Source: Candidatus Methylomirabilia bacterium
Lineage (GTDB): Bacteria > Methylomirabilota > Methylomirabilia > Rokubacteriales > CSP1-6
Assembly (NCBI GenBank): GCA_041496385.1
Contig: JBGQEL010000011.1
Coordinates: forward strand, 13,181 to 77,180
Length of the DNA: 64,000 nt
Direction of reading: 5' to 3'
The translations under genes and the position numbers were made by a program. How positions within the stretch are numbered: position 1 is the stretch's first letter; the number at the start of each line of letters is the position of its first letter. Positions 44,687 to 54,277 of this stretch are shown piece after piece. The notes under the pieces were generated by a model. It saw only the letters and a program-made list of their open reading frames with translations. It was not told where the DNA came from and did not search any database.

Positions 44687-45502
44687 GTGATGGTATTGAG
44701 AAGACTGATCAGCATCGTCGGTGTGATGGCGCTCCTGGAACCCATGGTCGGGGTCGGCGTCGACGCCTACTCGGGCGGGCCGCTCCGCAATGTCACGGAC
44801 CTCGCGCCCACCTGCGCGGGCTGCCACTCCTCGTTCTCGAGGGACCAGCTCCGGAACGAGCCGGAGGCCTTCGCCGCGAGCCAGGTCAAGGAGAACAAGC
44901 ACTACAAGGCCATCGAAGACGGCGCCGGCCCATACCAGCAGATGTCGCCCGCCGACCGCCAGAAGCTGCTCGCGGACGTGAAGCTCATGGACGAAAACGC
45001 GTCGATGACGTTCACCGCGCCGGCGAGCCTGCGGCCGGGCCAGGAGGCGCAGATCACCGTGAGCGTGAAGGGCGGCCACGGCGTCGTCGGGGTGTTCCTG
45101 GTCGACACCGATCTCCGGTTCCAGGCGCGGCCGATTCAGGGCGACGGCTGGGTCGTCGTCGGCGCGCCGAAGGTCTGGGGCGGCGACGGCGCCGAGCAGA
45201 CCAAGTGGGTCGATGGCCGCGCGCCTGGACTCCGGAAGAACCTCAACAGCGCGATCATCTTCGATCAGAAGTCGGACCTCGCCGCGAAGAAGTTTGCGGA
45301 GGGCAAGGTCGTCTGGACCGTCAAGGCGCCCCAGGAGCCGGGGACCTATACGATCAGCGCGGCGTTCCACTTCGGCTCCGAGCGGGCGTCGTCCGTGGGC
45401 ACGGTGACGACGCCGACCGGCCAGGTGTTCCCGCGTGGAGGCCCGGGCGGCGCGTCTGCGCGCGTCATCTTCGCGAAGCCCGTGACGGTGACGGTCCGCT
45501 AG
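44687..45502 (+). CDS. Secreted monoheme c-type cytochrome with Reeler-like beta domain
   Basis: Signal peptide, AYSGGP...TCAGCH (CxxCH), WTVKAPQEPGTYTISA. Confidence 0.6.
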   Translation: MMVLRRLISIVGVMALLEPMVGVGVDAYSGGPLRNVTDLAPTCAGCHSSFSRDQLRNEPEAFAASQVKENKHYKAIEDGAGPYQQMSPADRQKLLADVKLMDENASMTFTAPASLRPGQEAQITVSVKGGHGVVGVFLVDTDLRFQARPIQGDGWVVVGAPKVWGGDGAEQTKWVDGRAPGLRKNLNSAIIFDQKSDLAAKKFAEGKVVWTVKAPQEPGTYTISAAFHFGSERASSVGTVTTPTGQVFPRGGPGGASARVIFAKPVTVTVR

Positions 45503-45558
45503 CCGGAGAGGAGCAACGACAGGGGCCGACGATCCGGCGCTCGCTACGCCGCTGGCTG

Positions 45559-46155
45559 GTGGGAGGCGGGGGCGCCGTCGTCGGCGCCCTCCTCTGCGGG
45601 ACTCTGTTCCTCGCCGCGCTCTCCGCGACGGAGCGAGACAACCGTTTTTGCGTGGCTTGCCACCTCCACGACGAGAAGTTCAGCCGCCTGATCGCCGTCA
45701 CCGCCACGGACCTCGCGGGCTTCCATCATCAGCGGAAAGCGGAGGTCGGCTGCATCGCCTGCCATGGCGGCGCCGGCGCGGCGAGGCACCTCCAGGTGTG
45801 GCTGCTCGCGGGCTTCGATACGCTCGCGTTCCTCGCCGGCGCTTACGCGGAGCCGACGCACATGCGGCTCCCGCTCCGCGATGCCGAGTGCCAGCCGTGC
45901 CATACGCCGATCCTGAGCGCGCGCGCAACGGCGTCCGGGCCCGCCGACCCGACGCCCGAGGCGACCTTCGCCGCCGAAGCCGAGACTGAGGGACGCGGCG
46001 GCACCTCGTATCACGCGATCAGAGAGCACGGGACGGTGAGGATCACCTGCGTGCGCTGCCATCCTTCTCATACCACGGACAGCAACGCCGCGAACCGGTT
46101 CATCACGAAAGCGACGGTCCGACCCCTCTGCCACGAGTGCCACAAGGAGCTCTGA
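45559..46155 (+). CDS. Membrane-anchored pentaheme cytochrome c (NapC/NirT-like)
   Basis: N-terminal TM then CVACH, CIACH, CQPCH, CVRCH, CHECH; start uncertain (GTG 45559 or non-canonical about 45529-45532). Confidence 0.8.
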   Translation: MGGGGAVVGALLCGTLFLAALSATERDNRFCVACHLHDEKFSRLIAVTATDLAGFHHQRKAEVGCIACHGGAGAARHLQVWLLAGFDTLAFLAGAYAEPTHMRLPLRDAECQPCHTPILSARATASGPADPTPEATFAAEAETEGRGGTSYHAIREHGTVRITCVRCHPSHTTDSNAANRFITKATVRPLCHECHKEL

Positions 46156-46177
46156 TCGCTCGGCCGGGGCGCGGGCG

Positions 46178-46549
46178 TCAGGTCAGCGCGCCGAGGACGA
46201 GTGCGAGCACGATGAGCCCGATGCCGAGCCGGCGCCAGCGGCGCGCGAACAGGGACGTCGTCGTGCCGACGCCCAGGTGAAAGGCCGCGAGCCCGAGGTA
46301 GAAGTCGTTCAGCGCCATGGCGAGCGCGTTGAGCGCGATGAACCCGGCCCCCAGGGCGACGGAGACGCCGACCAGCGGCCGCCGCACCACCAGGCCAAGC
46401 GCCACCAGGCACGCGGCGTCGGCGACGAGGAGCCAGCGCGTCGCTGCCGGTCCCGGAATCACGAAAGCGAGGCGATCGAGCCACACCCGCTGCGACGTCA
46501 GGGGCGCCACGGAAGCGAGCAGGGCGAGGACGCTGAGCAGGGGCCGCAT
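46178..46549 (-). CDS. Small integral membrane protein of unknown function
   Basis: 4-5 hydrophobic segments; TGgTACGAT -10 box 7 nt before ATG 46549. Confidence 0.6.
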   Translation of the reverse strand: MRPLLSVLALLASVAPLTSQRVWLDRLAFVIPGPAATRWLLVADAACLVALGLVVRRPLVGVSVALGAGFIALNALAMALNDFYLGLAAFHLGVGTTTSLFARRWRRLGIGLIVLALVLGALT

Positions 46550-46691
46550 TGCGCCGATCGTACCACCGAGGACAAGAGCCCCAAGCGTGACCTCGAGCGC
46601 CCGTCCGGCTGCGATCCCGATGCTGAGCGACGGCGGAATCTGGTAGTCTACCGCCGCATGCCATTGTCGATCGTATCCGACTAGCTCGGAC

Positions 46692-47678
46692 ATGTCCCAG
46701 TCGCGCACCGACACGGCGAGCCTCGTCGAGCGCATGCTGGCCGGCGACCGGCTCGCGCTCGCTCGACTCATCACGCAGGTCGAGAACCGTACCGACGCCG
46801 TCCCGGCGATCATGCGGGCGGTCTATCCGCGCGCCCACGACGCCTACGTCGTGGGGGTGACCGGGCCGCCCGGCGCCGGCAAGTCCACCGTCGTGGATCG
46901 TCTGATCGCCCTCCTGCGCGCCGAGGAGCTGACGGTCGGAGTCGTCGCCGTGGATCCCTCCAGCCCGTTCACGGGCGGCGCAGTGCTCGGCGACCGGATC
47001 CGCATGCAGGCCCACGCGCTCGACCCCGGCGTCTTCATCCGGAGCATGGCCACGCGCGGCTCCGTCGGCGGGCTCGCCCGCGCGACCGGGGACGTCATCA
47101 AGCTCCTCGCCGCGGCCGGCCACGGCTGGATCCTGATCGAGACCGTCGGCGTCGGCCAGACCGAGCTCGACATCATGAACCTCGCGGATACGACCGTGGT
47201 CGTGCTCGTGCCCGAGTCCGGTGACTCGATCCAGGCGATGAAGGCGGGCCTCATGGAGGCGGCCGACGTGTTCCTGGTCAACAAGGCCGACCGCGCGGGC
47301 GCGCACGCGCTGATGGCCGAGCTGAAGTTCGCCGCGCACCTCCACCACGCGAGCGCCACCTCGCCGAAGGACATCGACTGGGAGGTTCCGGTGCTCTCGG
47401 GCGAGGCGCAGTCGGGTATCGGAATGAAGGAGCTGCTCGTCGAGATCCGGCGTCACCGCGGCTCGCTCGAGGCGTCGGGCGCGCTCGCCGCGCGTCGGCG
47501 GGCCCGGCGCGGAGAGGAGCTCAAGAGCCTCCTGCTCGAGGCGGTGCGCGCCCGGATCGAGCAGGCGATCGGGAGCGGGCAGGCCCGCTCGGTGCGCGAG
47601 CGCGTGCTCGACGGGACGCTGGACCCCTACTCGGCCGCGCAGGCCATTCTCGCTGTGCTAAGGTTGGAGTCCTCATGA
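46692..47678 (+). CDS. meaB: MeaB/ArgK G3E GTPase (B12 mutase chaperone)
   Basis: GPPGAGKST, VDPSSPFTGGAVLGDRIRM, ETVGVGQ, VNKAD. Confidence 0.92.
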   Translation: MSQSRTDTASLVERMLAGDRLALARLITQVENRTDAVPAIMRAVYPRAHDAYVVGVTGPPGAGKSTVVDRLIALLRAEELTVGVVAVDPSSPFTGGAVLGDRIRMQAHALDPGVFIRSMATRGSVGGLARATGDVIKLLAAAGHGWILIETVGVGQTELDIMNLADTTVVVLVPESGDSIQAMKAGLMEAADVFLVNKADRAGAHALMAELKFAAHLHHASATSPKDIDWEVPVLSGEAQSGIGMKELLVEIRRHRGSLEASGALAARRRARRGEELKSLLLEAVRARIEQAIGSGQARSVRERVLDGTLDPYSAAQAILAVLRLESS

Positions 47679-49660
47679 GCCCGAGCGTGCCCTTCCGCGA
47701 CACGTTCTGGAACGTTCCCGCGTGGGCGCAGGTCGGTCTCTACGTGGGCGGCGCCGTCGCGATCGCGATCTTCGCGTGGGGGCTCTGGCAGCGCGTGGGC
47801 CTCTGGCGGCGCGGACTTCCCGAGAACCGCTTCGACCGCATCCCCGAACGCCTCCGCCTGGTCGCCGTGCACGCGCTCGGCCAGGCGCGCGTGCTCTCGC
47901 AGGCGTACCCGGGTGTCATGCACGCGATCATGTTCTGGGGATTTCTCGCGCTCTTCATGGGCACGGTGCTCGCGACGATCGACTGGGATATCGCGCTGCC
48001 GCTCTTCGGCGTGAAGCTCCTCAAGGGGAGCTTCTACCTCTTCTACGAGACGACCCTCGACCTGTTCGGCCTGTTCTTCGTGATCGGTCTCGGCATGGCG
48101 GTCTGGCGACGCTTCGTCCTGCGCCCGCACCGACTGGATCCGACCGCGCGCTTCGCGAAGGTGCTCGCGCTGCTCCTGGTGATCAACGCCTCCGGGTTCG
48201 TGCTGGAGGCGTGCCGCCTCGCCGCGGTGCAGCCGGCGTGGGCGCCGTGGTCGCCCGTCGGCTGGGCGCTCGGGCAGGGGATGCTCGCCGTCGGCATGTC
48301 GGACGGCGCGCTCCGCGGCGTCCACCTCTCGGTCTGGCTGTTCCACGCGGTGCTCTCCCTCGCGTTCGTGGCCGTCGTCCCGTACTCCTACTTCATGCAC
48401 CTCGTCACCACGCCGCTGAACATCTTCTTCGCCAAGCTCGGACCGCGGGGCGAGATCCGGAAGATCGAGAACATCGAGGAGGCCGAGACATTCGGCGTCT
48501 CGAAGCTGGAGGAGTTCTCGTGGAAGCGGCGGCTCGACTTCGACGCCTGCGTCGAGTGCGGCCGCTGCCAGGCCGCGTGCCCCGCGTACATGTCGGGCTC
48601 GGCCCTGTCCCCCAAGCAGGTCATCGTCAAGCTCAAGCGCCACATGCACGGCGAGCTCCCCGGGCCGATCCACGGCGAGCTGATCAAGCCCGAGGAACTG
48701 TGGGCCTGCACGACCTGCATGGCGTGCGTGGAGGAGTGCCCCGCGTTCATCGACATCGTGGACACGATCGTGGACCTCCGACGCTACCTCACGCTCTCGG
48801 AGGGCGCGCTCCCGTCCACCGCCCCACAATCGCTCCAGAACATCCAGCGCGCCGGCAACCCGTGGGGCCTGCCGGCGGGCGAGCGACTCGCCTGGGCCCA
48901 GGGGCTCGACGTCCCGATCCTCGAGCCCGGCAAGGAGGTCGAGTACCTCTACTGGGTCGGCTGCTCGGCCTCCTACGACAAGCGCAACCAGGCGATCGCC
49001 CGGGCCGTCGTGAAGATCCTGAAATCCGCGGGCGTCTCGTTCGCGGTCATGCAGGAGGAGCGCTGCCACGGCGAGGTCGCGCGGCGCCTCGGCGAGGAGT
49101 ACCTCTACCAGACGCTCCAGCAGGAGAACGTCGCCGCGCTCAACCGGTACCGCTTCCGGAAGGTCGTCACGCACTGCCCGCATTGCTTCAACACGATCCG
49201 GAACGAGTTCCCGCAGTTCGGCGGGAGCTACGAGGTGCTCCACCACTCGCAGCTCATCGAGGAGCTGCTGCGCGCGGGGCGGATCCGGCCGACGAAGCGT
49301 CTCGACGCGACGCTCGCCTTCCACGACTCGTGCTATCTCGGACGCTACAACGGCATCACCGAGGCGCCGCGCAACGTCGCGCGCGCCGTCCCGGGGCTCC
49401 GCGTGGTCGAGCTGCCCCGCAATCGCGCGCGGGGCCTGTGCTGCGGCGGGGGCGGCGGCCACATGTGGATGGAGGTCAAGGCCGAGAAGCGCGTGAACCT
49501 CATCCGCGTCGAGGAGGCGCTCGAGGCGAAGGTGGACATGGTCGGTACCGGGTGCCCGTTCTGCCTCGCCATGGTGGATCTCGGCCGCAAGGTGAAGGAG
49601 GCGGAGGAGACGCTTCAAGTCAAGGACGTGAGCGAGCTCGTGGCCGAGAGCCTTCCCTGA
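47675..49660 (+). CDS. Membrane Fe-S oxidoreductase (FadF/HdrD-like)
   Basis: N-terminal TM domain, CVECGRCQAAC, CTTCMACVEEC, CCG domains (CPHC, HDSCYLGR, CCGGGGG, GCPFC). Confidence 0.9.
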   Translation: MSPSVPFRDTFWNVPAWAQVGLYVGGAVAIAIFAWGLWQRVGLWRRGLPENRFDRIPERLRLVAVHALGQARVLSQAYPGVMHAIMFWGFLALFMGTVLATIDWDIALPLFGVKLLKGSFYLFYETTLDLFGLFFVIGLGMAVWRRFVLRPHRLDPTARFAKVLALLLVINASGFVLEACRLAAVQPAWAPWSPVGWALGQGMLAVGMSDGALRGVHLSVWLFHAVLSLAFVAVVPYSYFMHLVTTPLNIFFAKLGPRGEIRKIENIEEAETFGVSKLEEFSWKRRLDFDACVECGRCQAACPAYMSGSALSPKQVIVKLKRHMHGELPGPIHGELIKPEELWACTTCMACVEECPAFIDIVDTIVDLRRYLTLSEGALPSTAPQSLQNIQRAGNPWGLPAGERLAWAQGLDVPILEPGKEVEYLYWVGCSASYDKRNQAIARAVVKILKSAGVSFAVMQEERCHGEVARRLGEEYLYQTLQQENVAALNRYRFRKVVTHCPHCFNTIRNEFPQFGGSYEVLHHSQLIEELLRAGRIRPTKRLDATLAFHDSCYLGRYNGITEAPRNVARAVPGLRVVELPRNRARGLCCGGGGGHMWMEVKAEKRVNLIRVEEALEAKVDMVGTGCPFCLAMVDLGRKVKEAEETLQVKDVSELVAESLP

Positions 49661-50010
49661 TGCGAGCCCTCCTCCGCGCGCTTCCGGACATCGCCCGCAC
49701 GATCGCGCGGCTCGCCGCCGATCCGGTGCTCCCCAGGGCGGCGAAGGTCGCGCTCGCCGCGGCGGTGCTCTACCTCGTGTCGCCGATCGACCTGATCCCC
49801 GACTTCATTCCCATCCTTGGGTCGCTCGACGACCTCCTCGTAGCGGCGATCGTCGTCGACGGGATCCTGAACTACGTCGACCGCGGGCTCGTGCTGAAGT
49901 ACTGGCCCGGAAGCGCCGAGTCGCTCGAGCGCGTCGCGCGCGCCGCCCGCGTGCTGGCCGTCTGGGTGCCCCGCCGGCTCAAGACCCGGATCTTCGGCGC
50001 ACGCGCGTGA
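49660..50010 (+). CDS. DUF1232/YkvA family membrane protein
   Basis: YLVSPIDLIPDFIPILGSLDD. Confidence 0.88.
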   Translation: MRALLRALPDIARTIARLAADPVLPRAAKVALAAAVLYLVSPIDLIPDFIPILGSLDDLLVAAIVVDGILNYVDRGLVLKYWPGSAESLERVARAARVLAVWVPRRLKTRIFGARA

Positions 50011-50017
50011 ACAGCTG

Positions 50018-51798
50018 ATGCGACCCGAGTACGCCGAGTTGATCGAGCGCCGGCTCGCCGTCCCGCTCGTCGAGGGACCGGACAAGACGTGCACGCTCGA
50101 GGCCGCCATCCGCCGCCTCGTCGAGCCCGGCCAGACCCTCTACGCGGGTGCGGCGCACGGCCGGCCGAACGCGCTCGTGCGCGAGCTCGTGCGCCAGTGG
50201 TGGGGCCGGCGCCCCGACTGGACGCTCGCGCTCACGGGGATGGGCTCGCCGTGGACGGCGCTCGTCGTGGGCGGCCTCGTCAAGCGTCTCGTCACGACGT
50301 TCGTGGGCGAGGGCTACCCGTTCCCGACGCCCCAGCCCCTCGTCGCCCGGGCCATCCTCGACGGAACGCTCGCCGTGCAGAACTGGTCGATGCTGACGAT
50401 GCCGCTGCGCGTCCTCGCCGGCGCATTGGGCCTCCCCTTCATGCCGACGCGCTCGCTGCTGGGCTCCTCGATGGAGGAGGACAACGCCCGCGACGGGGAC
50501 TTCCTGGCGGCGGACGACCCGTTCGACGGCGGCGGACGCGTCGGCTTCGTGCGGGCGCTGGTCCCCGACGTCGCGCTGTTCCACGCGTGGGCGGCCGATC
50601 GCGCCGGCAACGTGCTCTCGGCCGCGCCGCTGAACGAGAACTTCTACGCGGCCATGGCCGCCCGGCGCGGCGCCATCGTCAGCGTCGAGAAGATCGTCCC
50701 GACCGAGTTCATCCGGCGTCACGCCGGCCTCGTGCGGCTGCCCGGCCAGTACGTCGCCGCGGTGGTCGAGGCGCCCTTCGGCGCCCACCCGTCGGGGATG
50801 TACGGGATGAGCGTCCCGGAGCTGGAGGGCTACGCGGAGGATCCCGAGTTCATCCTCGAGACGCGCAAGGCATTCCGGACGCGCGAGACGGCGGAGGCAT
50901 GGATCCGCGAGTGGATGCTCGACGTGCCCGATCAGGCGGCGTACGTCGCGAAGCTCGGCTACCGGCGCCTGATGGAGGTGAAGGGACGCGCCGACACCGA
51001 CGCCTGGCCAGCGAGCTCGAGATGCTCGAGACCAACCTGGGCCCGGACGAGCGCGTCAACCCCGCGGAGCGGATGGTCGTCGCCGCGGCGCGCCTTCTCA
51101 GCGAGAAGATCCTTACGAACGGCTACCGGACCTATCTCGCGGGCGTCGGCAGCTCGAATCTCGCCGCGTGGCTCTCCGCGTACCAGCTGAAGGCCCAGGG
51201 GGTGGACGTCGAGCTCATGGCGGAGACGGGCATGGTCGGCTATCTCCCGCGCCCCGCCGAGCCCTTCGTGTTCTCGTTCCGAAACTTTCCCTCCTCGAAG
51301 ATGCTCACCGACATCTTCCACGTGATGGGGATCTTCATGGGCGGGGGCCAGAACCGTTGCCTCGGCTCGCTCGCCGCGGGGCAGATCGACAAGCACGGCA
51401 ACATCAACTCCACGATCGTCCCGGGCGCGACCTACATCACCGGCTCCGGCGGCGCCAACGACATCGCCTCGTCGGCGCGCGAGGTCGTCGTCACGCTGGC
51501 CCAGAGCCGGGCGCGCTTCGTGGAGAAGGTTCCCTACGTGACCGCGCCCGGCCGCCGGGTGACCGCGGTCGTCTCCGACCTCGGCGTCTACGAGAAGGCC
51601 GGCGAGCACGCCGAGCTCGCGCTCACCTCCGTCTACGCCGGACGCCCGGAGGCCGAGGCCGTCCAGGCGGCGCGCGAGGCGTGCGGCTGGGAGCTGCGGA
51701 TCGCCCCCGCCCTCAGGTGGATCGAGCCCCCGGCGCTCGAGGAGCTGCGGCTCGTCCGACTGTTCGATCCGCGCCGGTACTTCCTCGGGGAGCTCTGA
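50018..51798 (+). pseudogene. Family I CoA-transferase (glutaconate CoA-transferase alpha+beta-like), frameshifted near 51007
   Basis: Alpha-like part (AGALGLPF, ADRAGN, PFGAHP) in one frame; beta-like part (MAETG, GQIDKHGNINST, GSGGANDIAS) in another; could instead be two overlapping genes (beta from ATG 51022). Confidence 0.65.
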
Positions 51799-51808
51799 GG
51801 CCGCCGTT

Positions 51809-53149
51809 CTGACGAAGGACGAGCTGAAGCGGCGCGTCTTCGACGCGATCGACCGGCGGGCCGAGGAGATCATCGCGCTCGGCGAGCGGATTCGTGGGCA
51901 TCCCGAGATGGGGTTCAAGGAGCAGAGGACCGCCAGGCTCGTCCAGGAGACGCTCGCAGGGCTCGGGCTCGATCCGCGCCCGGGCCTCGCGATGACGGGG
52001 GTGCGCGCGGACGCGCCGGGCCGGGCCGGTGACGGACCGACCTTCGCCCTGCTCGGCGAGCTGGACGGCCTGCGAGTCACCGGCCACCCGGAGGCCGACC
52101 CCGAGACGGGCGCCGCTCACGCCTGCGGCCACAACGCCCAGGTCGCCTCAATGCTGGGCGCGGCGATGGGGCTCCTCGACGCGCGCGCCCTCGAGCACCT
52201 GGCGGGCCGGGTGGTGTTCTTCGCGGTGCCCGCGGAGGAAGGCGGCGACATCGAGTGGCGGCAGACGCAGATCCGCGCGGGCCGGCTCGAGTTCCCGTGC
52301 GGAAAGCAGGAGCTGATCCGCCTCGGCCACTTCGACGACGTCGATCTCGCGATGATGATCCACACGAACTGGCGCCGCGAGGACGGCAAGGCCGGGGTCC
52401 CGGCCTCGAACAACGGGCGGGTGGGAAAGACGGCGCGCTTCACCGGCCGCGCGGCGCACGCCGGCGGGGCGCCCCACCTGGGCGTCAACGCCCTCTACGC
52501 CGCGCAGGTCGCGCTGGCCGGGATCAACGCGGTCCGCGAGACCTTTCGCGACGAGGACTCGATCCGGGTCCATCCGATCCTCACCCATGGCGGGTCGCAG
52601 GTGAACGTCATCCCGGGCGAGGCGCGCCTGGAGATGTACGTGCGCGGCCGGAGCGCCGAGGGCGTGGCCGACGCGAGCCGGAAGGTGGACCGGGCCCTGC
52701 GGGCGGGGGCGCTCGCGCTGGGCGCGGGGGTCGAGATCGAGACGCTGCCCGGCCCCATGCCGCTCGTCTGCGATCGAACGATGGCGAGCCTCTTCGAGGC
52801 CACCGCCACGGAGCTCGTCGGGAACGAGCACTACCGCCGTCTCCCGCACCGCTCGGGCTCGACCGACATGGGCGATCTGAGCCAGGTGATGCCCGTCCTG
52901 CACCCCTACATGGGCGGCGCGCAAGGGACGGGCCACGGCGCGGACTTCGCCATCGTCGACAAGACGCTCGGCTACGTCTTGCCGGCGAAGGCCCTGGCGG
53001 CGATGGTCGTCGATCTCCTGGCCGAGGGCGCGGACGGCGCGCGCGACGTACTGGCGAAGGCCACGCCACCGATGACGCGCGCGGGCTACCTGGCCTTCCA
53101 GCGCGGGATCGCGCGCCGGGAGGTGTTCGACGGCGCCCCCGGCGGGTGA
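51809..53149 (+). CDS. M20 family amidohydrolase
   Basis: HPEMGFKE, GELDGL, HACGHN, PAEE, GSTDMGD; frame extends to CTG 51809. Confidence 0.88.
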   Translation: MTKDELKRRVFDAIDRRAEEIIALGERIRGHPEMGFKEQRTARLVQETLAGLGLDPRPGLAMTGVRADAPGRAGDGPTFALLGELDGLRVTGHPEADPETGAAHACGHNAQVASMLGAAMGLLDARALEHLAGRVVFFAVPAEEGGDIEWRQTQIRAGRLEFPCGKQELIRLGHFDDVDLAMMIHTNWRREDGKAGVPASNNGRVGKTARFTGRAAHAGGAPHLGVNALYAAQVALAGINAVRETFRDEDSIRVHPILTHGGSQVNVIPGEARLEMYVRGRSAEGVADASRKVDRALRAGALALGAGVEIETLPGPMPLVCDRTMASLFEATATELVGNEHYRRLPHRSGSTDMGDLSQVMPVLHPYMGGAQGTGHGADFAIVDKTLGYVLPAKALAAMVVDLLAEGADGARDVLAKATPPMTRAGYLAFQRGIARREVFDGAPGG

Positions 53150-53200
53150 TGTGCGCTATGATTCCTAGGTGCGTCGAGACGGGGTGACGCAGGGGGGCTG

Positions 53201-54277
53201 ATGCGACGGGCATATCTGTTGGCGCTGGGATTCACCGTGCTCGCGACGCTCGCCAGCCTCCTGCTCGAACCACACTGGAAGCCCATTCACCTCCTGCTGC
53301 CGTTCTATCCCGCCGTGATGCTCAGCGCGTGGTTCGGGGGCCTCGGTCCGGGTCTCGCCACCACGTTCCTCGCCTCGCTCGTCATCAACTACTACTGGCT
53401 CCCTCCGATCAACTCGCTCGGCATCAGCGACAGCGGCGACTGGGTGGGGCTCATTCTGTTCCTGGCGGTCGGTCTCCTGATCAGCTCGCTCAGCGACCGC
53501 CTCCTCCGCGCCCAGCGGCGCGCCGAGGCGACCGCCGCCGAGCTCAGGCGACAGATCGACGAGCGCGCGCGCGCCGAGGCGGCGACGGCGAAGCTCGCTG
53601 CGCTCGCCGACGAGCTCCGCGCGTCGGCGGAGCGCTACCGCCTGCAGTTCGAGCGGAACCTGGCGGGCGTCTTCCGGGCCAACCGCGACGGGAGCCTCGT
53701 CGAGGTGAGCGACGCGCTGGCGCGGCTCCTCGGCTACCGCTCGCGCGCCGAGCTGCACGGGCGCTCGGCCCGGGACTTCTTCGCCGCCCCGGCTGGCTGG
53801 GACGATATCGTGGCGTCGCTCGCGCCGGGCGTCGTGATCAGCAACAACGAGTTGGCCTGGAGGCGGAGCGACGGCACGCCCGTGGCCGTGCTGGTGACGG
53901 CGCGCGAGGTCGACGGGTTCGTGGAGGGGCTCACGGTGGACATCACGGACCGCAAGCGTGCCGAGGAGGCCGAGCTCCAGGCCGCGCGGCTGCGCGCCGT
54001 GGCCGACCTCGCCGCGGCCGCGGCGCACGAGATCAACAATCCGCTCACCGTCATCGTGGCCAACCTGTCGGTGCCGCGGCCGGAGGGCGAGCTCGCCCAG
54101 CGACTCGACGGCGCGCTCGAAGCGGCGCGGCGAATCCAGGAAATCGTGGACCGCATGGCGCGGATCGAGCAGATTCACATGGCGGAGCAGACCTCGCCGT
54201 ACCTGCCGTCCATGCTCGACATCCGGAAGTCGTCGCCCGGCATTCCGGGCCCCCGGACGCCTGGCGATCGGCGTTGA
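53201..54277 (+). CDS. DUF4118 membrane sensor + PAS + HisKA protein lacking the ATPase domain
   Basis: SAWFGGLGPGL TM domain, PAS (ending DITDRK), H-box AHEINNPL, ends about 80 aa later. Confidence 0.8.
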   Translation: MRRAYLLALGFTVLATLASLLLEPHWKPIHLLLPFYPAVMLSAWFGGLGPGLATTFLASLVINYYWLPPINSLGISDSGDWVGLILFLAVGLLISSLSDRLLRAQRRAEATAAELRRQIDERARAEAATAKLAALADELRASAERYRLQFERNLAGVFRANRDGSLVEVSDALARLLGYRSRAELHGRSARDFFAAPAGWDDIVASLAPGVVISNNELAWRRSDGTPVAVLVTAREVDGFVEGLTVDITDRKRAEEAELQAARLRAVADLAAAAAHEINNPLTVIVANLSVPRPEGELAQRLDGALEAARRIQEIVDRMARIEQIHMAEQTSPYLPSMLDIRKSSPGIPGPRTPGDRR

